Below the pieces are notes generated by a model. The model saw only the letters and a list, made by a program, of their open reading frames with translations, had not been told where the DNA came from and ran no database searches. A stretch of 64,000 nucleotides of DNA from assembly GCA_963774265.1 (NCBI GenBank), contig CAVZDU010000001.1, positions 544,001 to 608,000 on the forward strand, written 5' to 3'. Both the position numbers and the translations under genes were made by a program. Every line of letters starts with the position of its first letter. Positions within the stretch are counted from its first letter, which is position 1. Source of the stretch: an uncultured Chloroflexia bacterium (GTDB lineage: Bacteria; Chloroflexota; Anaerolineae; CG2-30-64-16). Positions 36,805 through 48,100 of this stretch are shown here, one piece after another.

Positions 36805-38473
36805 TCAGCGAGACGATCTTGCGCCCCCCTCCGGGGGCTTTCGCAACCCCTGCATGAGGCGGCGCCACGCGCTTTGGGCGTTCGTCGCCCGCTGCTCGTC
36901 GATCTCGTGATCCGAATAGCGAGCATCAACGAAGGCTGCCGTCAAATCTGTGACGTCGGTTTCCGTCTCAGGCCACGTCTCGGCCAGGTCCTTCGCATAC
37001 TCCAGTGGCGTCCTGTGGCTGGGTCGGGGCTTCCCGCCTTCCGTGGCTTCCTGCACTGCACGAAGGTAGTATTGGCGTACTTTGCCCCTCGGCGTCGCCG
37101 GCGCCCGGACACCTTCCCGCTCTGTCGAAAGCCGCGGCACTTTGCGCCGTACGCGTCTGAGCCTGAGAACAGCGCTGTTCAGTTGCCGCGTCATCGCCAG
37201 GCTGAAACGTTTCTGCCGCGCACGCCACCACAACCGCATGTGCAGTAATCGCTCTCCCAGCGGGCCCTGCAGCAACTCGGTGGATCGCAAAAAGTTCACC
37301 AGGAGAAACCCTGTCACCAACACGATCATGATCCACAAGACCGCTCCCCCCAACCAGGGGGGCAGCCGGCTCGTCATTTCTGCCTGGGAAGGGATCGTTA
37401 GGGGAAAGGGGGCCGGTTCGGCCTGGGCCGCTTCTTCGTTTGCAGCGCCAAAGAGGGTGCGTAGCATCTGCTCAACCAGTGCAAAGAGCATGCCGAACAG
37501 CAGGACGAGTCCCATTATGATTCGTGCCAGTAGCGCGAAGAACCACTCTATCGCCAGGGCCAGCCAGCCGGTCTGTCCCAACGGCAGCAAGAGCGCGACC
37601 AGCGCGACCAGCCCGACAAAGGCAAGGCTGATGCGATGCCACCGGCTCAGCATTGCCTTGTTGATCTCCACATCCTGGTTGAACCACCTGCCGCGCAGAA
37701 CTGCGAGTCGGCCGTGGCTCATGAGCAGCAGCCCGGCCAGAAAATAGCACACCAGGCTGGCCAGCGCTTCGGGGCGTAGTCCTAATCCTCGCAGACTCGC
37801 GCGCAGCAGGCCGGCTGGGGTCGTGGTGATGGCGACGCGCGTCAAGGCCGCACATACCACGAGCAGCATCCCGGAACTGATCCAACGCAGCGCAAAGCGC
37901 TGGAGAATGTCGGCGCGCGCCATCGGTATCGCCACGCGCCACTGGCTCTTGCTGTCGCCCCACTCCCGGCTGCGTTGTGCTGCAACCTCGTCGGGCTGAA
38001 TCGCCAGGTCCAGAAAATCCGCCGTAACGCCGATCGCGAAGCCCCAAACAAAGAGCAGGGTGAGGGACGCAAACAAAAACTCGCCCGTGAAGAACAACGC
38101 GGGGTCCATCAGCCAGGCTTGCAGCGCGCCAGGGCCCGGAAATTCCTCATAAAGCGCCCACACAACGAGGCGCGTCGACCACCAGCAGCAATACCACCTC
38201 GCCGAGTCGAAAGACCATCCCCCGCCGATCGCGCCACGTGGGACGCCCCAAGAGACTGGTCGTCACGACGCCGAAGATCCCCGCGATCGCCGCCGCTGGG
38301 AGCAGGTAGATCGGCCATTCAAATCCGAGCCCAATGCGTATCAGCCCCGGACCTGCGGCCAGGCTGGCCGCCATCAGAGCGATCAGCGCGAGACGAAACA
38401 GGCTGACCTGCCAGGCTTCATCCCGATACTCTGCAAAAGGTTGGCCTCCGCCCCTACCCGGCATGCTACGCAT
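36805..38473 (-). CDS. DUF4129-type multi-pass membrane protein (apparent frameshift near 38175)
   Basis: Many TM helices and C-terminal VRQYY...G.PRP..RTPLEY...LTAAFVDARYS. Downstream of MoxR/DUF58. Confidence 0.75.
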
Positions 38474-39683
38474 AACGAGCTCCTAAGCCAACACCGGTTT
38501 TAAGGATCTGCCAGCGCCGCAGAGCGGCTTCGTCCGCTACCTCGAAGGCGCCGACGCCTAAGCGGCGGCAGCGCTCCTTGATCACCGCGAAGTGCGCATG
38601 CGGCTCAACCGCAACCAGCACCGGGTTCAAACCTGCTCGATAGAGGCGGCCGAGCGCCGCGGACGTTGCTTCATCGCCCGTTGCCGTCACTGCAATCACC
38701 GTCGTCCCCCAGGCCAGGTTCACCGTCGCCTGGGGCAGCCATTCGGGCAAGGAGCGGGTCTCGCCCGCCTGAACGCGAGCCAGCCACTCCAGCAGCTTCA
38801 TCAGGTGAGTGCGACCGGACCTCGGCGAGATGCTCCAGCATGTCGTGTTCGTCAATTCATCGTGGCCATTGCTGCCCAATCCCACCTCCTGGCGCTGTTC
38901 GATCAGGTAATTCGCCAGTGATGCGGCAACAACGATAGCCCATTCCGTTCCACTATAGCGGTACGACCGGGAATACGCGGGCATATGGAGGTCGACAAAG
39001 ATAGTGGTGGACAGGGAGACGGCCGGCTCAGTTTTCTTTACCTGCAACTGGCCAGCGCGAGCGCTGGTCTTCCAGTCAATCCCGCGAATTGGATCACCGG
39101 GTTGGTAATTCCGCACGCCGCTGACGCGGGTCGGGTCCGCAAAGATGGGCTGGCGGCTGGCAATGGTTCCGTACGGTGCGCGTGAGCTCAGCGGTACGTG
39201 CATCAAGGTAACGACGCGCGGATATACAACGAGGGGGCGAGGCTCCTCGGCCGTCCCGCGTGCCTCCGCGAATCCAAACAGGTCGCCCGAGGTCAGGCGT
39301 CCGGGGCCGATAGGATAGAAACCGCGCTGGTGCCCTGAAAGCTCATAATGCAACGTCACCTGTTCCTTGGGGCCAAGCGCCATCGCCTGCAGCAAACGGC
39401 TGCTGCCAGATAGCTTTGTGGGAGGCGACTCATCGTAGTGCAGCCAGGGGACCGGCAGGATGCTGCGATTCCGAATGCTGATTTCGACGGTAGTCGTTTC
39501 GGCCGTAAAGATGTGGTCGACAAAACGGCGTTCAACCGACAGCTGCTTCAAGCTGCGCGCAGCCCACCACCGCGCCAACCCATAGCTCCCGGCCAGCACA
39601 TAGACGAGGTAGAAGACGATGTCCATCCGAAGCAGGATAGCAACGATTAGGAAGAACAGCAGGACAATGGGGAGCTCAGCCAT
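38466..39683 (-). CDS. DUF58 family protein (MoxR partner)
   Basis: RGFY.IGP...GDLFG, LVVYP and VRNYQPGD..R.IDWKTSAR.G.LQVK. Confidence 0.88.
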   Translation of the reverse strand: MAELPIVLLFFLIVAILLRMDIVFYLVYVLAGSYGLARWWAARSLKQLSVERRFVDHIFTAETTTVEISIRNRSILPVPWLHYDESPPTKLSGSSRLLQAMALGPKEQVTLHYELSGHQRGFYPIGPGRLTSGDLFGFAEARGTAEEPRPLVVYPRVVTLMHVPLSSRAPYGTIASRQPIFADPTRVSGVRNYQPGDPIRGIDWKTSARAGQLQVKKTEPAVSLSTTIFVDLHMPAYSRSYRYSGTEWAIVVAASLANYLIEQRQEVGLGSNGHDELTNTTCWSISPRSGRTHLMKLLEWLARVQAGETRSLPEWLPQATVNLAWGTTVIAVTATGDEATSAALGRLYRAGLNPVLVAVEPHAHFAVIKERCRRLGVGAFEVADEAALRRWQILKTGVGLGARYA

Positions 39684-39685
39684 CG

Positions 39686-40387
39686 TTAGTCGTCTTCGGG
39701 GGACGGCGCCTCCGTTATGTTGCGGCCTGCGCCAGCTATCACGACCACGTATTCGCCCCTTGGTTTTGCGTGCTGGACCAACGCGAGTAGCTCCGCGATC
39801 GTGCCGCGCTCGACTGACTCGTGCAGCTTGGTCAGCTCATGCGCCAGGGCCGCGGGTCGGTCCCCGTAAATGCTGAGCGCATCTTGCAGGAATTGTGCGA
39901 CCCGGTACGGGCTCTCATAAAAGACCAATGTATGTGGCGAATCAACATCAACCTGGAGGAATCTTCGGCGCGGTCCACCTTTGTGGGGCGCGAAGCCGCG
40001 ATAGGTGAAGCTGTGGACGGGGAGGCCGGACAGTACCACGGCCATGATGACCGCCGCCGGCCCCGGCGCCATACTGACCGTTTCGCCTGCCTCGATGGCC
40101 CGGCGGAGGATGGTATAGCCAGGGTCCGAAATGCCTGGGGTGCCCGCTTCACTGACCACCGCCACTGACTTCCCGTCGGCCAGCAAACCCATGATGCGGT
40201 CGCCGGCGCGATCCTCGTTGTGTTCATGGAAGGCCATTTGGGGCTTCGAGATCCCGAAGTGCTTGAGCAGGATGCCGGTCTTGCGAGTATCCTCGCTCGC
40301 GATGATATCGACGCTTCGCAGGATCTCCAGCGCTCGTAGGGTGATGTCGCCGAGGTTGCCGATAGGTGTCGCCACCAGGTAGAGCAT
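39686..40387 (-). CDS. rsmI: 16S rRNA (C1402-2'-O)-methyltransferase
   Basis: [48 protein letters not shown] and RGEYV. Confidence 0.95.
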   Translation of the reverse strand: MLYLVATPIGNLGDITLRALEILRSVDIIASEDTRKTGILLKHFGISKPQMAFHEHNEDRAGDRIMGLLADGKSVAVVSEAGTPGISDPGYTILRRAIEAGETVSMAPGPAAVIMAVVLSGLPVHSFTYRGFAPHKGGPRRRFLQVDVDSPHTLVFYESPYRVAQFLQDALSIYGDRPAALAHELTKLHESVERGTIAELLALVQHAKPRGEYVVVIAGAGRNITEAPSPEDD

Positions 40388-40388
40388 A

Positions 40389-41334
40389 TCAGGCCTTCCC
40401 AAGGTCGAGCGGCGTCTGGGCGAGCAGCTCGGCAATGATGATGCCGGCGGTGCGGCCGCGCAATGCGCTTTCCGGGTGTACCAGGCATCGATGGGCGAGG
40501 GTGAGCGGCGCAAGCCGCTTGACGTCGTCGGGCAATACGTAATCGCGGCCGTGCAGTGCCGCCCATGCCTGGCTGGTCTTGTAAAGCGCCAGCGAGCCGC
40601 GAGGGCTCGCTCCCAGCAGCAGGTCGGGCTGGGTGCGTGTCGCCTGGACGAGCCGGATGATATAGTTGCGCACGGTCTCGTCTACGTGGACCTCCCAGGC
40701 GAGCTGCGTGAGTTCTGGCAGCCGCAGCCCTTCGAACACTGGCCCAAGGCTTTCGATGGGATGCTGCCGCTGCAAATTGAGCAACATCTGCCCCTCAGCC
40801 GCCGCATCCAGGTAACCCAATCGCAATCTTAATGAGAAAACGGTCCAACTGCGCCTCAGGCAGCGGAAAGGTTCCCTCGTATTCAATCGGATTCTGCGTT
40901 GCCAGCACGATGAAAGGCCGCGCCAGGGCGCGTGTGACGCCATCCGCAGTGACCTGCCGTTCTCCCATGCACTCCAGCAGCGCAGATTGCGTCCGCGGCG
41001 TCGCGCGGTTGATCTCGTCTGCCAGCAATAGATTTGCGAACGCCGGGCCAGGGATGAAGTCGAACTTGCCAGCCTGCTGGTTATAAACCGATACGCCCGT
41101 AACGTCATTCGGCAACAGATCAGGAGTACATTGCAGGCGGCGGAATGTGACGTCGAGGGAGCTTGCGACCGCGCGGGCCAGCATGGTCTTGCCGACGCCA
41201 GGTACATCCTCGATCAGCACATGTCCTTCGCACAGCAATGCCGCGAGGATCAGCTCGATCGCATCGCGTTGTCCAAGGATGACTTTCTCGACATTGTTGA
41301 TCACGCGATCGGCGAAAACCTGGATTTCGTTCAC
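40389..41334 (-). CDS. moxR: MoxR-family AAA+ ATPase (apparent frameshift near 40830)
   Basis: [30 protein letters not shown] and [19 protein letters not shown], then GASPRG...YVLPDDVK...LAHR. Confidence 0.92.
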
Positions 41335-41383
41335 GGTGTCAGCTCCTGCACGTAAGAGAGAGTTTATCACAGCGAATGACCAC

Positions 41384-41432
41384 TTGACAAAAGAACAGCC
41401 GTTCAGTATAATGTCCACAAGAACATAGTTTC
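41384..41432 (+). promoter_or_regulatory. lexA promoter with two SOS boxes
   Basis: TTGACA-17-TATAAT; GAAC-AGCC-GTTC at 41393-41404 in the spacer and GAAC-ATAG-TTTC at 41421-41432. Confidence 0.88.
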
Positions 41433-41459
41433 GTGTCGCAACTTCGAGGAGTAAACACA

Positions 41460-42116
41460 ATGAGCCTATCCGATCGACAAGTACGCATACTCCAGTTCAT
41501 TCGTTCGTATCTGGAGGAGCACAGCTATCCGCCAACCATCCGGGAAATCGGCAAAGCTGTCGGCATCCCTTCGACATCGGTGGTAAAGTACAACCTTGAG
41601 CGCTTGCAAGAAAAGGGCTACATCGAGCGCAGCGAAGAAGTCTCGCGCGGCTTGAAGCTCGTAGGCGGCCCCAGGTTGGTGTCCATCCCGCGCAGCGAGG
41701 TGCTCGGGATCGTGGAAGTGCCGAAGCTGGGCAAGATCTCGGCCGGCGAACCGATCCTCGCGTTCGGACAGCAGGATGATCCCTACGCCGGGGAGATGCT
41801 GACGCTGACCTCGGACCTGGTTGGTGATCCCACACATGTCTACACGCTGCAGGTCAAGGGCGATTCGATGATCGATGCCCTGGTCAACGATGGCGACTGG
41901 GTGGTGATTCGACACCAGAATACTGCGCATCCGCATGAGATGATTGTAGCGTGGCTGCGAGACCGCGAAGAGACCACGCTCAAGTACTACTTTCCGGAGG
42001 GCGAGCGCGTCCGGCTGCAACCGGCCAACCCCGCCTATCACCCGATCTTCGTCAAAACGGACCAGTTGGAAATTCAGGGCAAGGTGATCGCGATCGTCCG
42101 GCAAATCCCGCAGTAA
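41460..42116 (+). CDS. lexA: SOS repressor LexA
   Basis: [14 protein letters not shown], Ala-Gly cleavage site ISAGEP, catalytic GDSM and TLK. Confidence 0.96.
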   Translation: MSLSDRQVRILQFIRSYLEEHSYPPTIREIGKAVGIPSTSVVKYNLERLQEKGYIERSEEVSRGLKLVGGPRLVSIPRSEVLGIVEVPKLGKISAGEPILAFGQQDDPYAGEMLTLTSDLVGDPTHVYTLQVKGDSMIDALVNDGDWVVIRHQNTAHPHEMIVAWLRDREETTLKYYFPEGERVRLQPANPAYHPIFVKTDQLEIQGKVIAIVRQIPQ

Positions 42117-42187
42117 TCTGGCAGGGTGAGGAGTCAACCCATCATGACTCTCTTCACTTCGCGCCTCCGCGTGAGTAATCTCGCCGC

Positions 42188-42784
42188 ATGACCGTCACAC
42201 TGTCCAGATCATTCTACGCTCGAGACAGCGTGGCGGTTGCGCGGGCATTGCTGGGCCAGCGCCTGGTGCGCGTGCTCAATGGCGTGCGCCTTGCCGGCCG
42301 AATTATCGAGACCGAGGCGTACGCCGGGCCCGATGACTCTGCCTCCCACGCCTATCGGCGCACCCCGCGCAGCGACATCATGTACGGCCTGCCGGGGCGT
42401 GCTTACGTCTATTTCATCTACGGAACCCACCACTGTCTCAACGCCGTGACCGATGCGGACGGCGTCCCCGGTGCGGTCCTGATCCGCGCATTGCTTCCCC
42501 AAGAGGGCGTTGACCTGATGTGGCAAAATCGCGGCCTGCCCCCGCAGCCGGTCGTGCAGACGGTTCGCGGCATTGCCGATGGCCCCGGCAAGCTATGCCA
42601 GGCCTTGGGCATCTCAATCTCGGAAAATGGCCTTGATCTGACAGAGAACGCCCGGCTTTTCATTGAGGACGATGTAACAGCACCGGTGGATCAAATCGAG
42701 GCGACGCCGCGTATCGGCGTCCGCGGGGACGAGGAAACCCGCGCGCGGCCCTGGCGTTTCGTTTGGTCACCGCCGCCGCGGTAG
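42188..42784 (+). CDS. mpg: DNA-3-methyladenine glycosylase (MPG family)
   Basis: VARALLG, IIETEAY...D.ASH, YVYFIYG.H.CLN, AVLIRA, GPGKLC.AL, PRIG and WRF. Confidence 0.92.
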   Translation: MTVTLSRSFYARDSVAVARALLGQRLVRVLNGVRLAGRIIETEAYAGPDDSASHAYRRTPRSDIMYGLPGRAYVYFIYGTHHCLNAVTDADGVPGAVLIRALLPQEGVDLMWQNRGLPPQPVVQTVRGIADGPGKLCQALGISISENGLDLTENARLFIEDDVTAPVDQIEATPRIGVRGDEETRARPWRFVWSPPPR

Positions 42785-44327
42785 CAGCCGCCGCAACGTC
42801 GCCATTTCAGGCGTCCGGAGCGCAAGGGCAACCCCCAGAAACACCGGTGCGCCCACCAGAAGCCCCCCAATCCCGACGAGAGTCTTTGATCCGCCTGCCC
42901 ATTGACTGGACGCCCAGATCAGCACCGCTGCCATGACGGCAGACGCAGCCGCGGTCTTACCGATCGTGGCCCACAGGCCTTTCCAGTCCAGGCCGCCGAT
43001 CCTGCGCGCCAACAGGGCGAAGAGCAGCACCATCTCCAATGTCGTCGCGATTGTGTTGGCGAGCGCCAGCCCGCCGTGTGCCAGTCGGCCCCGCAGGATC
43101 ATACTTAGCACTACGTTAAGCGCCATTGCGCCGACCCCGATGATCACCGGCGTGCGCGTGTCGTGCAGTGCAGAGAAGGCGCGTGCCTGGATCTCCACGG
43201 CGGAGTGCCCGATCAGGCCCAGGCTGTAAAACGCGAGCGCAAACGTGGTCAAGGCCGTCGATTGAGTTGTGAATTCCCCGCGTTCGAGCAGCAAGCGCAC
43301 CAGGGGCGTGCGCCAGACGAGGAGGCCGACTGCTGCCGGGATAGCCAGGAAGAGCACCCGCGTAAAGTCGTCGTCACCGTCCGCCGCAGTTCCTGCCGCC
43401 GGCCCTGCGCCTCAAGCGACGCAAAAGTGGGAAATGCGGCGGTGGCGACGCCTTGTGCGACGATCCCCTGCGGCAGCAGCATCAGCAACCACGCGTAGTT
43501 CAGCGCGGCCAGGCTTCCGGTGGAGAGCGAGGACGCGAGCAGCGTGTTGACCCAGAAATTAACCTGCACGGCGGCGAGGCCCAGCACACGCGGCCCCATC
43601 AACCGCGCGACTTCGCGCACCTTCGGGTCCTCCAGCCCCAACGTCGGCGTGTAACGGGCGCCGTACCACCACAGGCCGAACAATTGCACATCCAGGTGTA
43701 ACGCTGCGCCGACAACAACACCCAGCACCAGGCCGAACACGCCGAAGGTCGGCGCAAGGAACCAGGCCCCGGCGATGATCGATAGGTTGTATAATATCGG
43801 CGCCAGCGCGGGCAGCAGGAAGTGTTGGAAGCTGTTCAGGACGCCCATGACGATGCCGCTGACGCCGAAGATAACCGTGCTGACCAGCATCCAGCGCACC
43901 AGTTCTGCCGTGAGCGCCTGCTGTGCAGCTGAGAAGCCGGGCGCAAGCACCGTGTGCACCAGCCACGGCGCAGCGAGTGCCAGCAGCACGCGGCCAGCGC
44001 GGTCAGCAGGATAAGCACTAGGTTGACGATCGAACTGAAGAGCCGCCAGCCGTCCTTGAGGTCTTTGCGGGCCAGGCAGCCGGCGAACACGGGGATGAAT
44101 GCTGAGCCGAGCGCGCCGCCCGCAACGAGTTGGAACAGCAGGTCTGGCACGCGGAATGCGGCTTGATACGCGTCCAACTCCGCGCTCGTGCCGAAGCGCG
44201 CGCCGATGATCATCTCGCGTGCCAGCCCCGCGACGCGGCTGATTAAGAACAGGCCCATGACGAGCACCGCGGCGCGGGCGATTTGCCGTGTGGCGCCGGA
44301 TGAGGCAGAGATGGGGCGAGCGGTCAT
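42767..44327 (-). CDS. murJ: Lipid II flippase MurJ (two apparent frameshifts near 43358 and 43988)
   Basis: SRVAGLARE..IG.RFG...DAYQAAFRVPD...GGALGSAFIPVF, LPQGIV, RGEF and RAF.ALHDTRTP across three frames. Confidence 0.9.
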
Positions 44328-44400
44328 GGCGGCGATTATAGCATTGCGCGGGTGAACCCGCATACTGTAGGGGCGCCCTGCGCAAAAGAAAGGAACCGAC

Positions 44401-44919
44401 ATGGGTCGTGAAGATCAGGGCGTGGCGGCCAGCCGCCATCGTTACCATGTGGTCCCGCGCACGCTCTGTTTCGTGCGTGACGGCGACGAGGTGCTTCTGT
44501 TGAAGGGCGCGCCGCACAAGCGCATCTGGGCGGGACGCTACAACGGCTTGGGCGGCCACGTCGAGGCTGGTGAGGATTTACTCGGCGCGACCCTTCGTGA
44601 GGTCCGCGAAGAGGCCGGCCTGGAGGTGCATGACGTGCGTCTCGTGGCAGTGGTTCACGCAGACGGCGGCGACGCCCAGCTCGGCATCCTCTTCTTCGTC
44701 TTTACTGCTTGGGCAGACACCAAAGATGTCATCGAATCGTCGGAGGGGTCGTTGCACTGGGTTCCACTTCTAGCCCTCCCCGTCGAGGACATGGCGTCCG
44801 ACCTGCCCGTCATCCTGCCCCGCGTGATGGCGCTCCCGCCGGCTGCACCCCCACTCTTTCTTGCGTACCGTTACGATGAAAAGGACCAGCTCGTGATCCG
44901 TTTCGCTGAACCCGTCTGA
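44401..44919 (+). CDS. NUDIX hydrolase
   Basis: Nudix box GGHVEAGEDLLGATLREVREEAGL. Confidence 0.9.
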   Translation: MGREDQGVAASRHRYHVVPRTLCFVRDGDEVLLLKGAPHKRIWAGRYNGLGGHVEAGEDLLGATLREVREEAGLEVHDVRLVAVVHADGGDAQLGILFFVFTAWADTKDVIESSEGSLHWVPLLALPVEDMASDLPVILPRVMALPPAAPPLFLAYRYDEKDQLVIRFAEPV

Positions 44920-45121
44920 CATTGCCTTAAAGTGCTTTACATTCGTTCTGGATTGTGGTATTAGTTTCAATGACGGTCATGCATACTCCGTAGCATCGTC
45001 GACTTTGCCGTCTGCCTCCTGAATGATTTGTCCCGGCTTGCCTGCATATCTAGCGGATTTCATCACTTTGCTACGATAAATTCTATGTCCGTGGTGCCTT
45101 TCAAAGGGGAGGTTTGCAGCG

Positions 45122-48100
45122 ATGTCTGGTCTCCGCTCTCTGCGCCTCGTATTGGTGTTCACCCTGCTCCTTGCGCTCGTGCCCCCTGTTTCAGCCCGAT
45201 CCACCATTCCCATCCCTGACGCAAAACCACTGGCTGCCAATGGTGTCTCGGGACTAGTTTGGCATGATACGGACGCCGATCGACTGCAAGGGGGCAGCGA
45301 GCCAGGCCTGCCCCATGTCAAACTTTGCCTGTACCAGGAGCTTGCCCCTCCTAACGGCCACGTGGACCCCGGCGAGTCGCCGATCGCCTGCGCGTTCTCC
45401 AGTGGGATCGACGGGACGTTCACCATCACCGACGTGACTCCGGCCGATTATGTGCTCGCCGTGGAAACGGCGACCGTGCTATCGCTCTACGAACTGACCA
45501 CCGCGAGCACCGAGTTCGGCACGCTGAGCATCGAAGCGGAGATGCTGACCGGCTTCGATGTGGGCTACCGCACCAACCTGCCCGCCGATGTGGACAACGA
45601 CTGCACGGTGGACGTGGTGGACATCGAGATTGTGTCGACCGCATTCGGGTCTACCTCATCCCCATACGACCTCAACGGTGATGACATTGTGGACGAGCTC
45701 GATCTCGAGATCGCAGCGCGGTTCTGGGGCAGCCGCCACGCCTGTGACTTTGCGGATGGCGACCTTGACTGGCTCCCCGATGCCTTCGAGGACCCAAACG
45801 CAAATGGAACGGTGGACCCCGGCGAAAGTGATCCGGGTTTCGCCGATACCGATGGGGATGCGCTCGACGATTATCACGAAGTGATGTTCTATGGCACGGA
45901 TCCGTTGGCGAGGGATAGCGACGGCGACGGGCTGGACGACCGTGACGAGGTGCTCAACTACGCCAGTGATCCCGAGAATGCGGACTCTGACGCGGATGGC
46001 ATTTCTGACGGGGTTGAGGTCCACTTCACGGGCACCGACCCCGTGCGCGGAGACACCGATGGCGACGGTCTTCTCGATCCGGTTGAAGACGCTGACTACG
46101 ACGGCGTCCTCGACGCAGGGGAGACCTCGCCCAACAGCGCCGATACGGATGAAGATGGGTTATGGGATGGCAACAATGTGGTCCAAGCCCTTGCGCTGGC
46201 CGCGGCCATGCCGGAGGTGTCCATCCTGCCGATGGCCGACACCATCTTTGGCGAACTGGATGCAGGGACGAATCCCCGCCTGGCTGACACCGACAGTGAC
46301 ACCATCGGCGACGGTGAGGAAGTGCGTCTCGGCACGAACCCGCTGGCTCCGGATACGGATGCGGATGGGTTGAACGACGCTGAGGAGCTGAGCGAGGGGA
46401 TCGACGGCTTCTTCACCGATCCGAAGTCGGCCGACTCGGACGCCGACACAATTGAGGATGGCGCGGAGCGGGATTATGGCTGCAATCCGCTCATCGTGGA
46501 CGGCGATGGCGATAAGCTCGATGACGCCCGCGAGCTGAAGGAAGCGGGAACGCTCTGCAATGACCCGGACAGCGACGACGACGGCTTGCTCGACGGCGCG
46601 GAAGTAGACGTGTACGGAACCGATCCCCTGTCTGGCGACAGCGACGAGGACAAGATGCCCGACCCGTGGGAGGTCGAGCATGCTTTGAATCCGTTGGCCG
46701 ACGACGCCGGCGCCGATCCAGATGAGGATCTCGTGATTAACCTGCGCGAGTACATCGGCGCGGACGGCGACCCGGCCACCACCGCGGATGCCACGGATCC
46801 GAACAACCCAGACACCGACGCCGATCTGCTCTCAGATGGGGACGAGCTGGACAAATACCTTACCAAGGCGTACGACAGCGACAGCGACGGCGACCAGGCG
46901 CGCGACGGCGATGAGGTCCGCTTCGGAACCTACCCGCTAGTTTCCGACAGCGACGGTGACGGCATCCCCGACGGCGTCGAGGCCGCGTGGGCGGTGGACG
47001 TCGACAACGACGGCCTGATCTGCGCGCTAGACTTGGACTGCGACGGTGATGGCATCCCGGACAACCAGGAGGACACGGACCTGGATGGCAAGATCGCAGG
47101 GGACACGAATGAAGACCGCCGCCGGGACGCGGGCGAGACCTGGACGGAGAGCGATCCCGCATCGGTCGATAGTGACAACGACGGCATGTCCGACGACTGG
47201 GAGGTCGCTCATGGCTTCGATCCCAGGAACCCGGCTGACGGCGACAGCGATGCGGATGCCGACGGCCTGACCAACACCCTGGAGTGTTCGCTTGGCAGCA
47301 ACCCTCGCGCGACCGACAGCGACGGCGACTCCCTGCCCGACGGGTTCGAGCACGCCCAGGGCCTGGACCCCACGGATCCTGCCGACGCCGACCAGGACAA
47401 GGATAGCGATGGCCTCTCGAACCGGGTGGAGTACGCGGCCGGCCTGCCCATCGACGACTTCGACGCGGATGACGACGGCCTGCGTGATGGTGAGGAGCTC
47501 GCCTGGTCCGCGGACACGGACGGCGACGGGACGATCGACGCGAAGGATGCCGATGCAGACAACGACGGCATCGTGGACGGCGTCGAGGTGTTCAATTACA
47601 CCACCTCTCCCGTGTTGGCCGACACCGACGGCGATACCCTCTCGGACTACACCGAGCTGTTCACCTGCCATTCTGATCCGCTGCTGGTCGACACCGACGG
47701 CGATACCCTGGCTGACGATGAGGAAGTGCGGCTGGGCGCCGATGACTATCTCACGAACCCGCTCAGCCGCGACACGGACGGCGACACCCTCACGGACGAC
47801 TTCGAGGTGACGACCGACCCGACCCGGGCCGACACCGACAGCGACGGTGCGGACGACGCCCAGGAGATCATCCTGGGCTCGAACCCGCTCAACCCCGACA
47901 CCGACGCGGACGGCTTGGCGGATGGGCAGGAGATCAGACTGGGGACCAGCCCGACCAGCCCGGACACGGACGGCGACGGCGTGCCGGACGGCATCGACCC
48001 CGATCCGCTCTCGGTGGACACTGACCGAGACGGCCTGCGGGACGGTGTGGAGCTGGTGCCCGGCTGGAACGGCGACTGGATGGAGGCCGAGGACGGGGAC

